Notes: generated by a model not told the origin, from the letters alone. Positions 1 to 12,880 are shown, counted from the stretch's first letter. The stretch is DNA of 64,000 nucleotides from Octopus sinensis (GCF_006345805.1 NC_043005.1:39928001-39992000); one strand, 5' to 3'. Numbers and translations are program-made.

Positions 1-529
1 GCCAAAGTAAGAATTTCTCGCTGCCATAAAATGTTTAAGTTTCGAGCTTATCCTAAGTGTATGCGTGTGTGAGTATGAGACTGTTTATGCGTCTTTCTGT
101 GTATGTAAATATGTATGTATATATGCCAACTGTCATGTGATCAAATGAGTCATTGATTTCTTTTCAATCAGTGACATCTACTTCCTCTTCTTGTCATATC
201 CAAAGAAAATCTGAACTCAGCACAAGACTCGTCAAATTTATAGTGCTTCCACTGCTTCGATCGAAAGTATTTTTTTCTACTCTGCGGAACCTCTTGCCAT
301 TCTATTGCCCAGTGCCATTTGCGGATTAAGTATTTTTCCTATGGACACAATGTAGAGCTAATGATAGATAGTAACTTTCTTACTCTCAGCTAGTTACACG
401 GCGCTCTACCGATTCTGTCAACTGTAATTTCACTTACTCAGAGTATATAACGAAATAACTCTAGCGTTCCCTCTTTGAAGCGAGAAAATATGCATGTATT
501 TTCTTCTAATTACTGTGATTAAGTAATGC

Positions 530-745
530 AGCGCGCTGGCAGACTCGTTAGCATGCTGAGCAGAATGCTTCGCGGCATTTCGTCCGTTTTTACGTTCGAA
601 TTCCGCCGAGGTTGACTTTGCCTTTGCCTTTTATCCTTTCTGTGTCGATAAAATAAGTATCAGTCGAGCATTGGGGCCAATGTAATCAACTAGCTCCCAT
701 CATCCCAAATTTCAGACCTTGTACCTATATTAGGAAGGATTCTTA
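530..745 (+). mobile_element. tRNA-derived SINE family A (octopus OK-like), partial
   Basis: ctggcagactcgttagc...gaattccgccgaggttgactttgcc...gtcgataaaataagt matches the copies at 7029 and 45626. Confidence 0.75.
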
Positions 746-2383
746 TGACTATTTTGAATATTAACAAATAGAGCAATTAGGAGTTAAAGAATAATAATTT
801 ATAACATAAGCTTTAAGTTACATATCTGGGTGGGTGGGGAGATACAGTCGATTAAATCGATGTAAATCTTCATTGGTAATTATAGAAGGGTAAGAAGCAA
901 AATCGACCCAGATATGATTTGAACCTAGAATGTAAATGTGTTACTAAATACCCGCAAAACATTTGCCCGGTGCTCTATTCATTCTACATTCCATCGGCCA
1001 TTGAGTTAAGGAATATTAAATATTACTGATGAAAGCGTTGTTGCAGAGAGACACACCATTAAATGTTAAGATGTGAAAATCTCCCGAGTTTCTCTCTCCA
1101 TGAATAAGAAACACTAACTTTTAGGTTATGATTCTTTGACATTAACTTTTAGTTTATTATGATTCCAGTGATACTTGCACGTGTTATCTTTCAATGTGGT
1201 ACTCAGGTAATGATAATACAATTTACGACAGGAATATATTTGGGTTCAATGATTGACCACATTCTTTCTATTGGAGTCGCAGTTTCACACTCGTCATTCT
1301 ATTGATTAGATGTCTTAGACTATCACTGAGCAACCAGTGTCCAAGTAGTAAATATGAATCTATAGATGAAAGTCGTAAATATAAAATAAAAGAATTGAAT
1401 TACATAACATATAAAGCTGAAAATATGGTCGCTTTTCATAAATATTGCGTTTATGAACGCTGAGATAGATGTGAGTAGTGGTTTGTGTGAGTAAACTAAT
1501 CAGTTATGGATCTGTGGACAACAGCTGTGAGCACACGATAAAATTTAATTCAACTACCACTCTGACAGTTTTTCAATTATCTAACTCTTTCTTGGCGTTG
1601 ACTAAAATTGAATTATATTTCAGCGGTTGATCTGCAAAATTGTTTGTACAATTACATAAGAAGTTCTTATCTTCCAAAAATGAACGGCTGAACATATCTC
1701 AGATTGTTGATCAGTTATTATCCAGAGATCCGATTTTCTCCTCTTTTGAGCCTTGCCAAGAGACTTTTCTCGGAAATATGTACGAAAATTATTTGGTTTG
1801 TACAGATGAATTTACTGTGGTGTTTATTTTTCTTTCGCTGTCATCAACTGAAAGCGATAATTTGTTTTGGTTTTGATTTTTGTTTCTTCTCTATATTTGT
1901 TTTTGTCTTCAGTAAAAGACGAAATGCGTATCCGCTGGGTGTACATTTTTCCAAGTTGGTAACTGATACCAATCACTCAAATCTAGTGACTCTGATTGAC
2001 TTTCGTTGATGACAGAAAATCACTTCTTTATATTCATGATCGATAGCTCTAATCCAATCAAAATTCTGTAGTTTCCTAAACATAAGAAAGTAATTAGTTT
2101 AGCCTGGAGTAAGTGAGCAGCAGCGAATATATATCTGTATGTATCTGTGACTGCGTTGTATCTGTGTGAGTACGTGCGTGTGTGTGAGTGTGTGTGTGTG
2201 TATGTGTGTGTGTGCATTAGCATGTCATTATTAGAAGAGATAATTAATTAAACATTTCTTAATTAGAATGGGCTCTTGCATGTTATCCCGAATTTTTACC
2301 ATGGCACGACTTATTCTGAACAAACTAGTATTTTATTACATCGGATCAATGACAAATTATATATTAACTTAACTACTTCTCAT

Positions 2384-3440
2384 ATACGTGTATCAATAAA
2401 TTATTCAATCAAAATTGATCTCATGTTCGTGAGATACGATCAATTGTTTCATTTGTATTGTTGATTGTAGAAGCATGTCTCTCCAAACTATACAAATAGT
2501 AGAGCTTGATCAGGTGTCCCGATAGTAATACAAAGTGGAAAAGGTCGTTCAAATTGCATACGTTGGTAGAATAAGTCTTCCTCTATAGTAATTCTTCTTG
2601 CTGTTCTTTTTCGTTGGACGAAAATAATGGATCCCGAGCAGGAAAACATACTGCGACTGAGCTCTTGATGAAGGATGGATGCAGACTGTCAGATATTCAC
2701 AAAAGGCGACAGGTTGTTTACGGAGATGATACCATTGACAACGTGTACAGTTGCAGTTAACACCCAATTTGATGTAGAGAATTTTGAAAGTCTGCTCTGA
2801 TCTGCTGGAATCGTTTATAGCCGTTAAAGACACATTTTCTTCTTGATGTGGTCGTATCTTTATGATTCAAAAACGAAGGCTCAATCCATAGAATATCCTC
2901 ACACCACTTCATTATGGCCGAAGAGGTTCAAGAGCCAGCGATCGGCACGAAAAGTCATGGCGACTACTTATGGAGATGATAAGGGCATCATTACCTTTGG
3001 GTTTTTTTGGAACATGTCTGCACTGAGAGTAGTGAGCGGTACATTGATACATTTGAAAAGTTTAGAGAAGCCATTAGAAAGAAGAGACTAGACAAGACTC
3101 TGAGAGTGACCCACAAGCTATATGGCCACACATATTTGGCAACAAATCAGGCAATCGGCTAATTGAATTGGTCAGCGGTTTCCCCCGTGCAGATGGAATC
3201 CGTTCGCTGTACAGATCAGATCTGGTGCCCTCCAACTTCTACTCTGTCGGTCCAACGATGAACAGTCTTCGGAAACAACGATTTGACGAAAGAGGTGAAG
3301 TAAAAGAGGCTGTGAAAAAGTAGGTATAATAGTGCACTCCTGAGTTTTTTTTTTTCAAAAAGGATTTGAGAATTAGGTTCAACAATGATTCAGATGCATC
3401 ACTTGTGATGGAGACTTTTGAGGACTAACTTGATACAGCC
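2384..3440 (+). mobile_element. Decayed mariner (DD34D-type) transposon
   Basis: YDSKTKAQSIEYPHTTSLWPKRFKSQRSARKVMATTYGDDKGII resembles the mariner YDPETKxQSxEW...SAGKVMATVFWD motif. Downstream DNA resembles the PDLAPSDF motif. Stops and frameshifts are present. Confidence 0.8.
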
Positions 3441-3589
3441 GAAGAGTAATTCTACCAGCATATGAATTTTGAATGACTTATGTCAATTGATAAAAAAAAT
3501 GTTATGCCTAGTTTTGTATCACTTTTAGTAGAGTGGATCAGTATAACTATATTAGATATGACCAATATAAATATGATGACTATCTATTA

Positions 3590-4060
3590 TCTTTTACTTG
3601 TTTCAGTCATTAGACTGCGGCCATGCTGGGGCACCGCCTTGAAGAATTTTCAGTCGAACTAATCGACCCCAGTACTTATTTTTAGTTAAGCTTGATACTT
3701 ATTCTAACGATCTCTTTCGCCAAACCACTAAGTTACGGAGACGTAAACACACCTACACCGGTTGCCCAGCGGTGGTGGGAGACAAAGATACACACATACA
3801 CGCGCGCGCGCGCACGTATGTATGAATATATGTGAAGGCGCATGGCTCAGTGGTTAGAGCGTCGGGTTCACAGTGTGTGTGTGTGTGTGTGTGTGCGTGT
3901 GTACGACGGGCTTTTTTCAGTTTGCGTTTACGAAATTCACTCACAAGGCTTTGGTCATCTCGAGGCTATAGTAGAAGACACTTGTCCAAGATACCACACA
4001 GTGAGACTGAGCCCCGGAACCATGTTCATGGGAAAGAAAATCCTTAACACACAGTCACGC
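3590..4060 (-). mobile_element. CORE-type tRNA SINE family B (octopus OR-like) with internal microsatellite
   Basis: Reverse complement of head, caccttgggcaagtgtcttctactatagc-like CORE segment, (CA)n tract and the tail ggtgccccagcatggccgcagtc...tgaaacaagtaaaaga. A short + strand tRNA head is nested at about 3835-3870. Confidence 0.8.
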
Positions 4061-5169
4061 CCTGTATAAATACTTTAGTTATCACTAATATAAAAATATC
4101 AAAGATATTATCAGTATATCTGTTAGACTAATCTCAACTCATGTAAATTTCCACTAAATTTCAAATCTCATACTTTGAGGGACGGTGTATATTTTGTTTA
4201 TGAGTTAAATATTGGAGGATGGGCAACGCTATGATCTTTCTCAGAGCCCATGTGGTTGGTGTTTTGGAAGAAGGAAGTTATCCCTAGACATATTTCTGAC
4301 CGGAATGCTTGCAAGATAGTAAACCCCATTAAAGTCAACCAACAGCCAAATGACAATGCTAAGCCAGCTGATGGATTATGGGATTAAGTCTGCCAACAAA
4401 GTAGCAGCCCTTCCAACGGGATTTCGCTCAGTTTCAGTTTGTAAAGCTTAATAAAGCTTTGGTGAAACTGATAAAAGAAATTATATCCTTAAGAAACCGT
4501 ACATTTGAATTGAACACGAAACCACGTACTAACGAAGTGAGCTTCTTCATCAAGCACCCTTTTCAGGAAGTCAAATTTGCGACCAGTTTTGCTTTTTCTT
4601 GATAGTTACATTGTGTGACGCTAACAATATTCCTGTGAGAGGCATGAACATCACAACATTTTTTCCTTTATAAATCTCACTTCTGTGGTCGTAAATGTTG
4701 AGATGAATTTTGTGACTTTTCAGCAATAAATTTAAAATACAGAGAAAGAAACGAACTGTAAATGAAAGAAAATAAATAATTCCGATAATATATTTCAAAA
4801 TATATCGATTAATATATAAAATATAATGTAAGTTTCCGTGAGATCTAAATACGTTCAAAGCTTAAAGTTTTAACGATAACATTTAATTCGACTTTCCTGC
4901 AGCTATTAATCTGCTGCAAGCTTTTTCTGAAAAAACAAGTTGTTTAAAGAAACATAAAGTGAATTTTTTTTCCATGGAAAAAAAACGAGAGCTTAATACG
5001 GAAGAAGTAATATCTAATGATCTCGACATTTCTTACGAAATCATAATTTATTTGACTTCTAAAAACGAAAAAAAAAACATCTTAATTGAAATATCAACAT
5101 AAAAATATGAGGTCTTAATTGCGTATTTATTTTACAGACTAAGATGATGTAACAGGCAGTGAGACGGAT

Positions 5170-5810
5170 GAATCGTTAAAGCATTATATACAATACTACA
5201 CAGTGTTTGATCCAACTCTGAGTGCCTTGTGTTCAAATCTTGCCGAGGTCGATTTACTTTTTGAGGTCAATAAAATTAAGTACCACTTGAGAACTGGGGT
5301 CTATATAATCGACTGGCCTTCCCTCCTTTAAAGTTGCTAACCTTGCTACAGAATTTGAAACATTTTAAAATTATTAATAAAGGTCCTGATTGAGGCGGTG
5401 AACTGACAGAATCGTTAGTACACCAGGCGAAATGCTTGGCGTTATTTCGTCTGCCGCTACGTTCTGAGGTCAAATTCCGCCGAGGTCGACTTTGCCTTTC
5501 ATCGTCGATTAAATAAGTACCAGTTACGTAGTGGGGTCAATATAATCGACTTAATCCATTTGTCTGTCCTTGTTTGCCCCCTCTGTCTGTAGTTCCTTGT
5601 GGGCAGTGAAGAAATAAGAATCGTTAGCACGCCGAGTAAAATGCTTAGCGGCATTTCGTCCGTCTTTAGGTGCTGAGTTAAAATGCAATCGGGTTCGGCT
5701 TTGCCTTTCATCCTTTCGGGGTCGATAAAATAAGTACTAGCTGAACACTGGGATTGACTTAATACCTCCCAGGAAATTGCTGACCTTGTGCCAAAATTTG
5801 AAACTATGAT
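5170..5810 (+). mobile_element. Cluster of three partial SINE family A copies
   Basis: Repeated gaatcgttag...gaggtcgactttgcctttcatc...aataagtac units at about 5180, 5395 and 5620. Confidence 0.75.
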
Positions 5811-5811
5811 T

Positions 5812-6856
5812 AACAAGAGCACTCAGAGAGCTCAAACCTCCGCCGAGCCTACACCAACGTCCTCGTTTTTTTTTTATTGCCAACAAGGGGCCAAATATAG
5901 AGACTACACAACACAAAGATAATACAATACATAAAATCGGGGAAACAAAAATATAAAAAGAAATCGAGCAAGCAAAAAAAAGAAACAAATGAAACCATGA
6001 AAATGATAAAATGAGGCGCAACGCCCACTCGACCCCCGAAGTCGAATAGTTACATTTAGTCACCATTTCGAACATTTTTCTCTCTTTTTTCTTTCCTTTT
6101 TTTAAACAAAAATTCACATTTTCATCATCATTTTTTTATATTGTTCATTTCATATACTGCAATCTTCTCAACTCCTCAAATTCCACCACGGGCGGCAGAA
6201 CATCACGCAACCACAGCCCGTCAATCACACTCACCACATGAATCCATGAACACCCTGCATCCCTCCTCATTCACCACAATACGCCTCTCACTCTCTCTGA
6301 ACCTTACCCTGGGCATCCCACCCACCCACCCCACCAGTCCCCTCCACCTGGACACCCTCCCCTCCGCCCCCCCCCCACACCACACTCACCTCGCAGACGC
6401 CCAAGAAGTTCCCACGTCCAACTTCCCCCTCTCCTGTTCCCATCTCCACTGCATGCGCAAGCTCAAGTTCAGGCGGTTCCCCACCCACTTGGGCGCCTCT
6501 CCGCCTCTGACGCCGGTCCCCGCGAATGCCCTCCCGACTTCGCTCCCTTATCATTTTGGAGCCGACAAACCCGTCACTCTCTCCGCCGCCCTCATTCGGT
6601 CCTCCCTCGTCCTTACTTCCTCTTCTGAGTCTCTGACGCACCCCGCATCGCCCTCTCTGCCATCTCCGTCCGTCACCGCTTCAATTTTTCCCCACCATCC
6701 ACCTCTTGGTCCCCCTCCACAGTACCCCACCCCGAGCAGGCTCGCACCCGGGGCCCCGCGTCCTCACACGTCCTCCCATTCCTCACTCGCAACAACGAGG
6801 TCGACGACCCCCAACAGCTACTCCGAGCGAAACTCCCCCCCCCGCCCCACCGCAAT
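5812..6856 (+). mobile_element. Helitron-group (possibly Helentron/HINE-like) element with an eroded PIF1-type helicase segment
   Basis: Begins tt|AACAAGAGCACTCAGAGAG, resembling Helentron-associated termini. The C-rich ORF contains PHESMNTLHPSSFTTIRLSL, KLKFRRFPTHLG and PV-x5-L-x7-TSS, in the order of the RepHel motifs PxEFLNSLxPSGxPPHxLxL, FKRRQFPVRLAF and PVFSHGQLYVALSRVTS. Confidence 0.5.
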
Positions 6857-8040
6857 GTTGGAGAGCATAAAATTAAAGTTGTAGTTGAGAAAAAGTTAGC
6901 TGAAATGAGGAATAGAAGCCATTTGACTACTGGAGAAGAGTAACCTGTATCATGATGATTCGCGCGCGTATCAAAATACCAACATCATGACTGCTGCTCA
7001 GTGCTCCGTGAATTCTGTAAAGGTTAAAGGCGGCGAGCTGGCAGAAACGTTAGTACGCCGGGCGAAATGCTAAGCAGTATTTCGTCTGCCGCTACGTTCT
7101 GAGTTCAAATTCCGCCGAGGTCAACTTTGCCTTTCATCCTTTCGGGGTCGATTAAATAAGTACCAGTTACGCACTGGGGTCGGTATAATCGACTTAATCT
7201 GTTTGTCTGTCCTTGTTTGTCCCCTCTGTATTTATCCCCTTGTGGGTAGTAAAGTAATAGGTATTTCGTCTGCCGTTACGTTCTGAGTTCAAATTCCACC
7301 GAGGTCGACTTTGCCTTTCATCCTTTCGGGGTCGATAAATAAAGTACCAGTTACGCACTGGGGTCGATGTAATCGACTTAATCCGTTTGTCTGTCCTTGT
7401 TTGTCCCCTCTATGTTTAGCCCCTTGTGGGCAATAAAGAAATAAATACTGTAAAGGTTGTAAGACGTGACATGGGCATAAAAATCAAGTTCCCTCAGATT
7501 GGGTGTGTCTCCAGTGACAGTGACGTCATGCTGCCCCACAGCTTTGAACAGGGCTTTTGGCTCAATTCAGGCGGCTGCGTGAAGCTGCTAGAGACTGTGA
7601 TCAATCCTTAACTACAGAGGGTTGTTGATGGAAGGTCATATATGTGGCAGCAGGATTCGGCTCCTCGCCATACCTGCGGAAAGAATCAGAAGTGGTTGTC
7701 AAAGGAATAATACGACTTTACCAGCCCCAATTTCTATTCTCCTAATTCTACCGATTGTAATCCCATGAATTACTATTTGAAGGGCGCCTTTGAAAATGAC
7801 ACCGACCACTCTGTCTTAATCTTGGCCACAAAGGCCGAGCTGATAGCCAAAATTAAAGAGATTTTCGAAGACCTTCCCAGGGATACAGTGAGAAACGCAT
7901 GCCCCAGATTCTGGCGCCGTCTTGAAGCCGAGGTGGAAACTGAAGGCGACTCCTTTGAATCCAGCCATAATCCAGTTGATATTTTTTACTATTTAAGATA
8001 CTTTTATTTTTGAATGGCATATTGTGTCTTGTTTTAGGTT
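6857..8040 (+). mobile_element. Decayed maT/DD37D-like Tc1-mariner transposon, interrupted by a SINE
   Basis: Translates to GCVSSDSDVMLPHSFEQG...WQQDSAPRH...PNSTDCNPMNY. Its 5' part (ttggagagcataaaattaaagttgtag) recurs at 59532. Confidence 0.8.
7026..7447 (+). mobile_element. SINE family A, full copy plus tandem internal repeat, with an 11-bp TSD
   Basis: ggcggcgagctggcagaaacgttag head. The second unit restarts at ggtatttcgtctgcc (about 7260). TSD ctgtaaaggtt at 7015-7025 and 7448-7458. Confidence 0.9.
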
Positions 8041-8059
8041 TATGTAAATTATATCTAGT

Positions 8060-8365
8060 GGCGGCGCAATGGCCCAGTGGTTAGGGCTGCGGACTCGCGG
8101 TCGGAGGATCGCGGTTTCGATTCCCAGACCGGGCGTTGTGTGTGTTTATTGAGCGAAAACACCGACAAGCTCCACGACGCTCCGGCAGGGGGGGGGCGAC
8201 TCTTGTTGTTCTCTTTCGCCACAACTTTCTCTCACTCTCTCTTCCTGTTTCTTGAGTAACGCTGCGATGGATTGGCGTCCCGTCTAGCTGGGGGAACACA
8301 TACGCCACAGAAACCGAGAAACCGGGCCCATGAGCCTGGCTAGGCTTGAAAAGGGCGACGTTTAT
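8060..8365 (+). mobile_element. tRNA-derived SINE family C (CORE-related)
   Basis: A-box tggcccagtgg, B-box ggtttcgattccc, then gctgcgatggattggcgtcccgtctagctgggg...catgagcctggctaggc. Further copies at 12702-12880 (-) and 23613-23870 (+). Confidence 0.8.
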
Positions 8366-9559
8366 CGCTTTTTTCTTAACTGTATCTAAGTGAATGCATG
8401 TATACACACACACACACACATACACACATACATACATACATACATACGCACACACGCATGTGTATATATATATATACACACACACACACAGCCTTCACTC
8501 CAAAAACATTAGTCAGCTCGGGGTTATTGCGGAAAACATTTGACCAAGGTGGTGCTGCGCAGTGGGACTGAACTGGAAATCACGTTGTTGCAAACGTACT
8601 TCTCAACCGCCCAGCTATACCTGCGCCTATTTATTTATGTATTTATCTATTTCTTACACCTGGTGGATCCCATCCTACTCCAGATAATTTATTTATTCCA
8701 GAAAAAGGAAGACAGACAATCAGACAGGCAGAAAGAAAGAAGGAAAAAAGGAAGAGAAAGAAAATGTACTCAGTAATAGGACTAATGTCATATTTATTGA
8801 CTTCAAAAGGATAAATGCCAAAGTTGACCACGGTACGATTTGAAACCAGAGCGTAGAGAGCCGGAACAAATACCGCAAAGCAATCTCTACGACTCTCTAA
8901 CAATTCTGCTCGTGGACCACCTGACTGCAGAATATTCGGAGGCCGAGAAGAAACAATGACTTCTATTGTTTCTCGCTTATAACTGCTAACTGTGTTATAA
9001 TTAGCGAAAGGAGGAGGTGTAAGCATTATTGCATCACAAAATATCTCTGACAACGACAAGATGACTATATTTTCTGGATATGCCGATTCTCAAAGACAAG
9101 GAGATCAAAGAAAATTCTTGCAGACATTGTTGACAAAAGCTGTTCATAAACAAATATCTTCTAATCGATGTGTCAGTTCTAACAGACGATGATAATATAG
9201 CTCTGAAAAGAAACGGAGAAACTCTCCAAAAATATAAAAGAACTAGAAATTAAAATACACAGTATGCGGGATATGAAAATAGAAATATTACCTGTAATAA
9301 TAATATGTACCGTGGGGTTGATAAAAAGAGATGCTATATATAGCCAAAGCCATGTAACCGATATCTAAAATAATAGCACTGGAAATATTCACAATGTATT
9401 ATACATAGTTCACACAAAATTATAAAGGATTTTAAAAAGTTGATGCACATACCGTACATCAACTGCTCGCTTCAACAAGTTATTGCCTGCAATAACAATA
9501 AGGTTAATGCATAAATAACAACAACAACAACAATAATAATAATAATAATAATAATAACA

Positions 9560-10064
9560 ACGATCAAAAATAACGACAGAACGATCAAGGCTAATCGACC
9601 AGACATAATTGTTAAAGACTAGGGAAGAAAATACCTGCAGACTAATAGAGGTAAGCGTCCCCACTGATAACAATATATCTGTAAAGGAATTTGACAAACT
9701 TGGTAAATATAAGGACCTGGAAATCGAAATACAAAAGATGTGGAATCTTAAAACAAAAACTGTTCCTGTTATTGTAGGTGCCCTAGGTATGATAAAAAAG
9801 GGATGTCAGAAACACCTAGACAATATCCCTGGAGAACCATGTCTCAAGGAAATCCAAAAGATTGTGCTAACAAGTACTGCCCACATCCTTAGAAAAACCC
9901 TATCAATGTAAATGTTTGTGTTGTATTACATGGAGATATTTCTCTACTTCCCCTCCCCAAGCCTTCAGCCATATTTCTACAACTCTTAACCTTCATTTGT
10001 CCTAGGGCACTGGGTGTGCCCCGGCAAGTGATTGCATCAAACATGCAGATTAAAAGTAAATGAC

Positions 10065-10110
<46 letters not shown>
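9560..10110 (+). mobile_element. 5'-truncated Dong/R4-clade LINE (restriction-like endonuclease end) inside a (TAA)n tract
   Basis: DRTIKANRPDIIV...LIEVSVPTDNNISVKEFDKLGKYKDLEIEIQKMWNLKTKTVPVIVGALG is a PD..E..K REL domain. (AAT)n lies on both sides. An older decayed copy is at about 9060-9400. Confidence 0.85.
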
Positions 10111-10113
<3 letters not shown>

Positions 10114-10540
10114 GCCCTGATGTAGTACCAGGCAGTGGTTGTCATGGCTCCTGATCTTAACTGATTAAATGTGTTATAATGTACATTGTTTTGTTTTGGT
10201 ATTAAAGTTGGGCAACGGCAAATATTCTGCTAAATACCATAGATTTGCTTGTCAGTTGTTTGACCTTATTCCTTAGTGGCTGACGATATGTGCGTCTCTG
10301 ATCACGAGCAGAAGTAGTGGGAGAGCATCATAGCCATGTGCTGAGAAGAATTTTGGCGGATTTGCATAATTTGCCTCTGAAAACATGGGTGTTTTGTTCA
10401 ACATCCTTAAACAACCCTTATTCAGAGACCTTTTGAGCGGGATGAGCCACTCGACCTGAAGAAGAAGAAGAAGAAGAAGAAGAAGAAGAAGAAGAAGAAG
10501 AAGAAGAAGAAGAAGAAGAAGAAGAAGAAGAAGAAGAAAG
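10111..10540 (+). repeat. Unclassified interspersed repeat ending in a long (GAA)n tail
   Basis: Non-coding body followed directly by about 27 GAA units (10458-10539), as expected for a retroposed tail. Family not identified. Confidence 0.45.
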
Positions 10541-10649
10541 CGACAACAATGGTAGCGAATACAGTATTCTGCTCGTGGAATGGGAGGTGGAAGTTTCATC
10601 ATTGAAAGTTGAAAGTCTCAAAATTGTATCTACTGATATACATGTCTTT

Positions 10650-10887
10650 ATTGCCCACAAGGGGCTAAACACAGAGGGGACAAACAAGGACAGACAAACG
10701 GATTAAGTCGATTACATCGATCCCAGTGGATCGATACCAGTGCGTAACTGGTACTTATTTAATTGACCCCGAAAGAATGAAAGGCAAAGTCGACCTCGGC
10801 GGAATTTGAACTCAGAACGTAACGGCAGACGAAATACGGCTACGCATTTCGCCCGGCGTACTAACGTTTCTGCCAGCTCGCCGCCTT
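10650..10887 (-). mobile_element. SINE family A
   Basis: Reverse complement of the 7029 copy, ending ...ctaacgtttctgccagctcgccgcc. Confidence 0.9.
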
Positions 10888-11169
10888 AATTGTATCTACT
10901 GATACAGCGGTAAACGAGTGTAGTAGTAAAAACAACAGCAACATCGGCAAAAATAATAGCAGCAATGACAACAAAAGCAACAGCGGTAGCAGCAGCGGTA
11001 AAGGCACTAAAGTTAACAACGGCAGCAGCACCAACAACAATAACGACAGCAGTAATATCGGAGACAGTGGTTGAAGCGACCATAGCAGCGACCGTAGCAG
11101 CAGAGGTAGCAACAGTCCTAGCAACATCAATAACTACAAGAACAGCAACAATGGTTATGCTTCCTTCAC

Positions 11170-12400
11170 GGGAGTAGTCTCCGTAAAGGAACTATAGAGT
11201 CTCAGCCTACAAGACAAGTAGACAAAATTAGTAGACACCGCTTGATTTAGGAAAATTTAAGGGTGAAGGTTAGAGCTTGTTCCCTCTCCTGAAACTGCAG
11301 CTGCAACTGCTAGAAAACTGTTATATATCAATACACGAGTTTAAAAACTCACCGCCTGGAGACTACCACGAACGCACAAGTAGAAAGGGTCCTCCGCCAT
11401 ATATGGCAGGACATCGAACATATATCTAGGACGAAGCAGTTCGGCAAGGCTGAAGTCCCATGTAAGTCTGAAACTCTTACAGTACAACATTCAGTGGTCG
11501 CCCGCCGTATTGAGGATTTCACTCTGTTCTGTAGAGGATTTGAAGTGGGCAAGGGCGACGAATGCCCTCGTAGAAATTTGGGCATCGGCGGGCGTCAGAT
11601 GGCTGGGGTTCTCTGGAGGACTTTCGTTTCAGGCCCTCTGGATAATTTTCAGAATTTCTTTGCATGGCAATACAATCGGGAAAAAGTGCTGGCTTGGAAT
11701 AACAGGCGTGGAAGTGCTGTCAGCTGCATTTGACCGAGATGCTCGCTGAGCGACGAAACTCATGCTCACACTCGTACAGTACCCGAACATTGTTCACTTG
11801 TAAGCTTATGTCGAGCAGCTGCTATCGATGGATGTATTCGACTATCAGTCGACTCAATTGTGAAGATAATACCAATACCTGTCTTTAGCCAGAAAGTGGC
11901 AGCAGTTTTCCTCTGTTCGGTGGCTATGGCAAAAAAGTTGTGTACTGGACGATATTCAAAGGACTGAAGACAAACACTTTCTTCTTTAGCCAAGTCCTTA
12001 TAAACTTTTAAAGTCCCATTTGAAAAGGCAGATGAGGGTTGAGAGGATGGAGCTGCCCGGCAGTAAATTTGTTGAAATATAGGCGAATGTGGAAAGGATA
12101 ACCTGAATGAGTGGGCCTACATTGAGATTGCCCCAGTAGGATGGTGAGAAGCAATGCGAGAGAAGTGGGCCTCCTTATGGTGCTCATCAGAGTAGGGGTG
12201 ATCCTGGATTGATGGAGTCCTTGGTTACCTGTGGTTGGTACTACCCTCTCTTGTTGAATTTTGTTGTTATGAATTTTCTTAATTGTTATTGCATTATTAT
12301 TTACAAGTGTATAAAACCCCACCATCCGTTGTCTTTGTATTGGCCAGAATGTTTCTTTTGTAACCCTTGTGGTCAATAAAGAAATTATTATTATTATTAT
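11170..12400 (+). mobile_element. Decayed Tx1/L1-group LINE, 3' portion
   Basis: FAWQYNRE...RRGSAVSCI*PRCSLSDETHAH (CxxC...H zinc-knuckle-like), then AYVEQLLS and AMAKKVVYWT...GLKTNTF. The 3' UTR ends aataaagaaattattatt. Confidence 0.7.
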
Positions 12401-12701
12401 TATTATTCCAACCAGGTCTCACGCCATTAGCCTCAAAGAATAATCTCTAATTCGAGCCTACTCTAAGCTACTAAGAATGCATGTGGCAACTTGAAGATCC
12501 ATCCACCACACGCGATAGACTGGCGGTTGCATGGGTGCAAAAGCTACGTTGTTATCCTCATTCCGTAAACGGTGGCTTTTAACGGGTGGAGAGCTGAACC
12601 ATCCTGGGGTACAGAGGATTCGCAATCTAGACTAGGGTCTGAAAGTTTATCACACCATAGTGGGTTATACCATGGTTCCTCTGCTTTGTGGCAGAAGTAG
12701 G

Positions 12702-12880
12702 AAGAAAGAGTGAGAGAAAGTTGTGGTGAAAGAGTACAGCGGGGTTCACCCCACCCTCCGCCAGAGCCTCGTGCAGCTTAGGTGTTTTTGCTCAATAAAC
12801 ACTCACAATGCCCTGTCTGGGAATCGAAACCGCGTTCTTACGACCGCGAGTCCGCTGCCCTAACCACTGGGCCGTTGCGC
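12702..12880 (-). mobile_element. SINE family C, 5' portion
   Basis: Reverse complement of the 8060 head (ctaaccactgggccgttgcgcc; gggaatcgaaacc). Confidence 0.8.

Noticed and set aside
1640-2009. Overlapping short + strand ORFs
   Set aside because: No recognisable domain, no consistent splice pair, and composition typical of T-rich non-coding DNA.
3835-3870. tRNA-like sequences here and at 8060, 12840, 23613 and 29510
   Set aside because: A and B boxes are present but there is no complete cloverleaf with an acceptor stem, and they are attached to SINE bodies or truncated. They are SINE heads, not tRNA genes.
5170-7447. Repeated units with intervening sequence, superficially array-like
   Set aside because: These are SINE copies of over 150 bp that are dispersed across the window, not CRISPR repeat-spacer units. 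The DNA is eukaryotic and has no cas genes.
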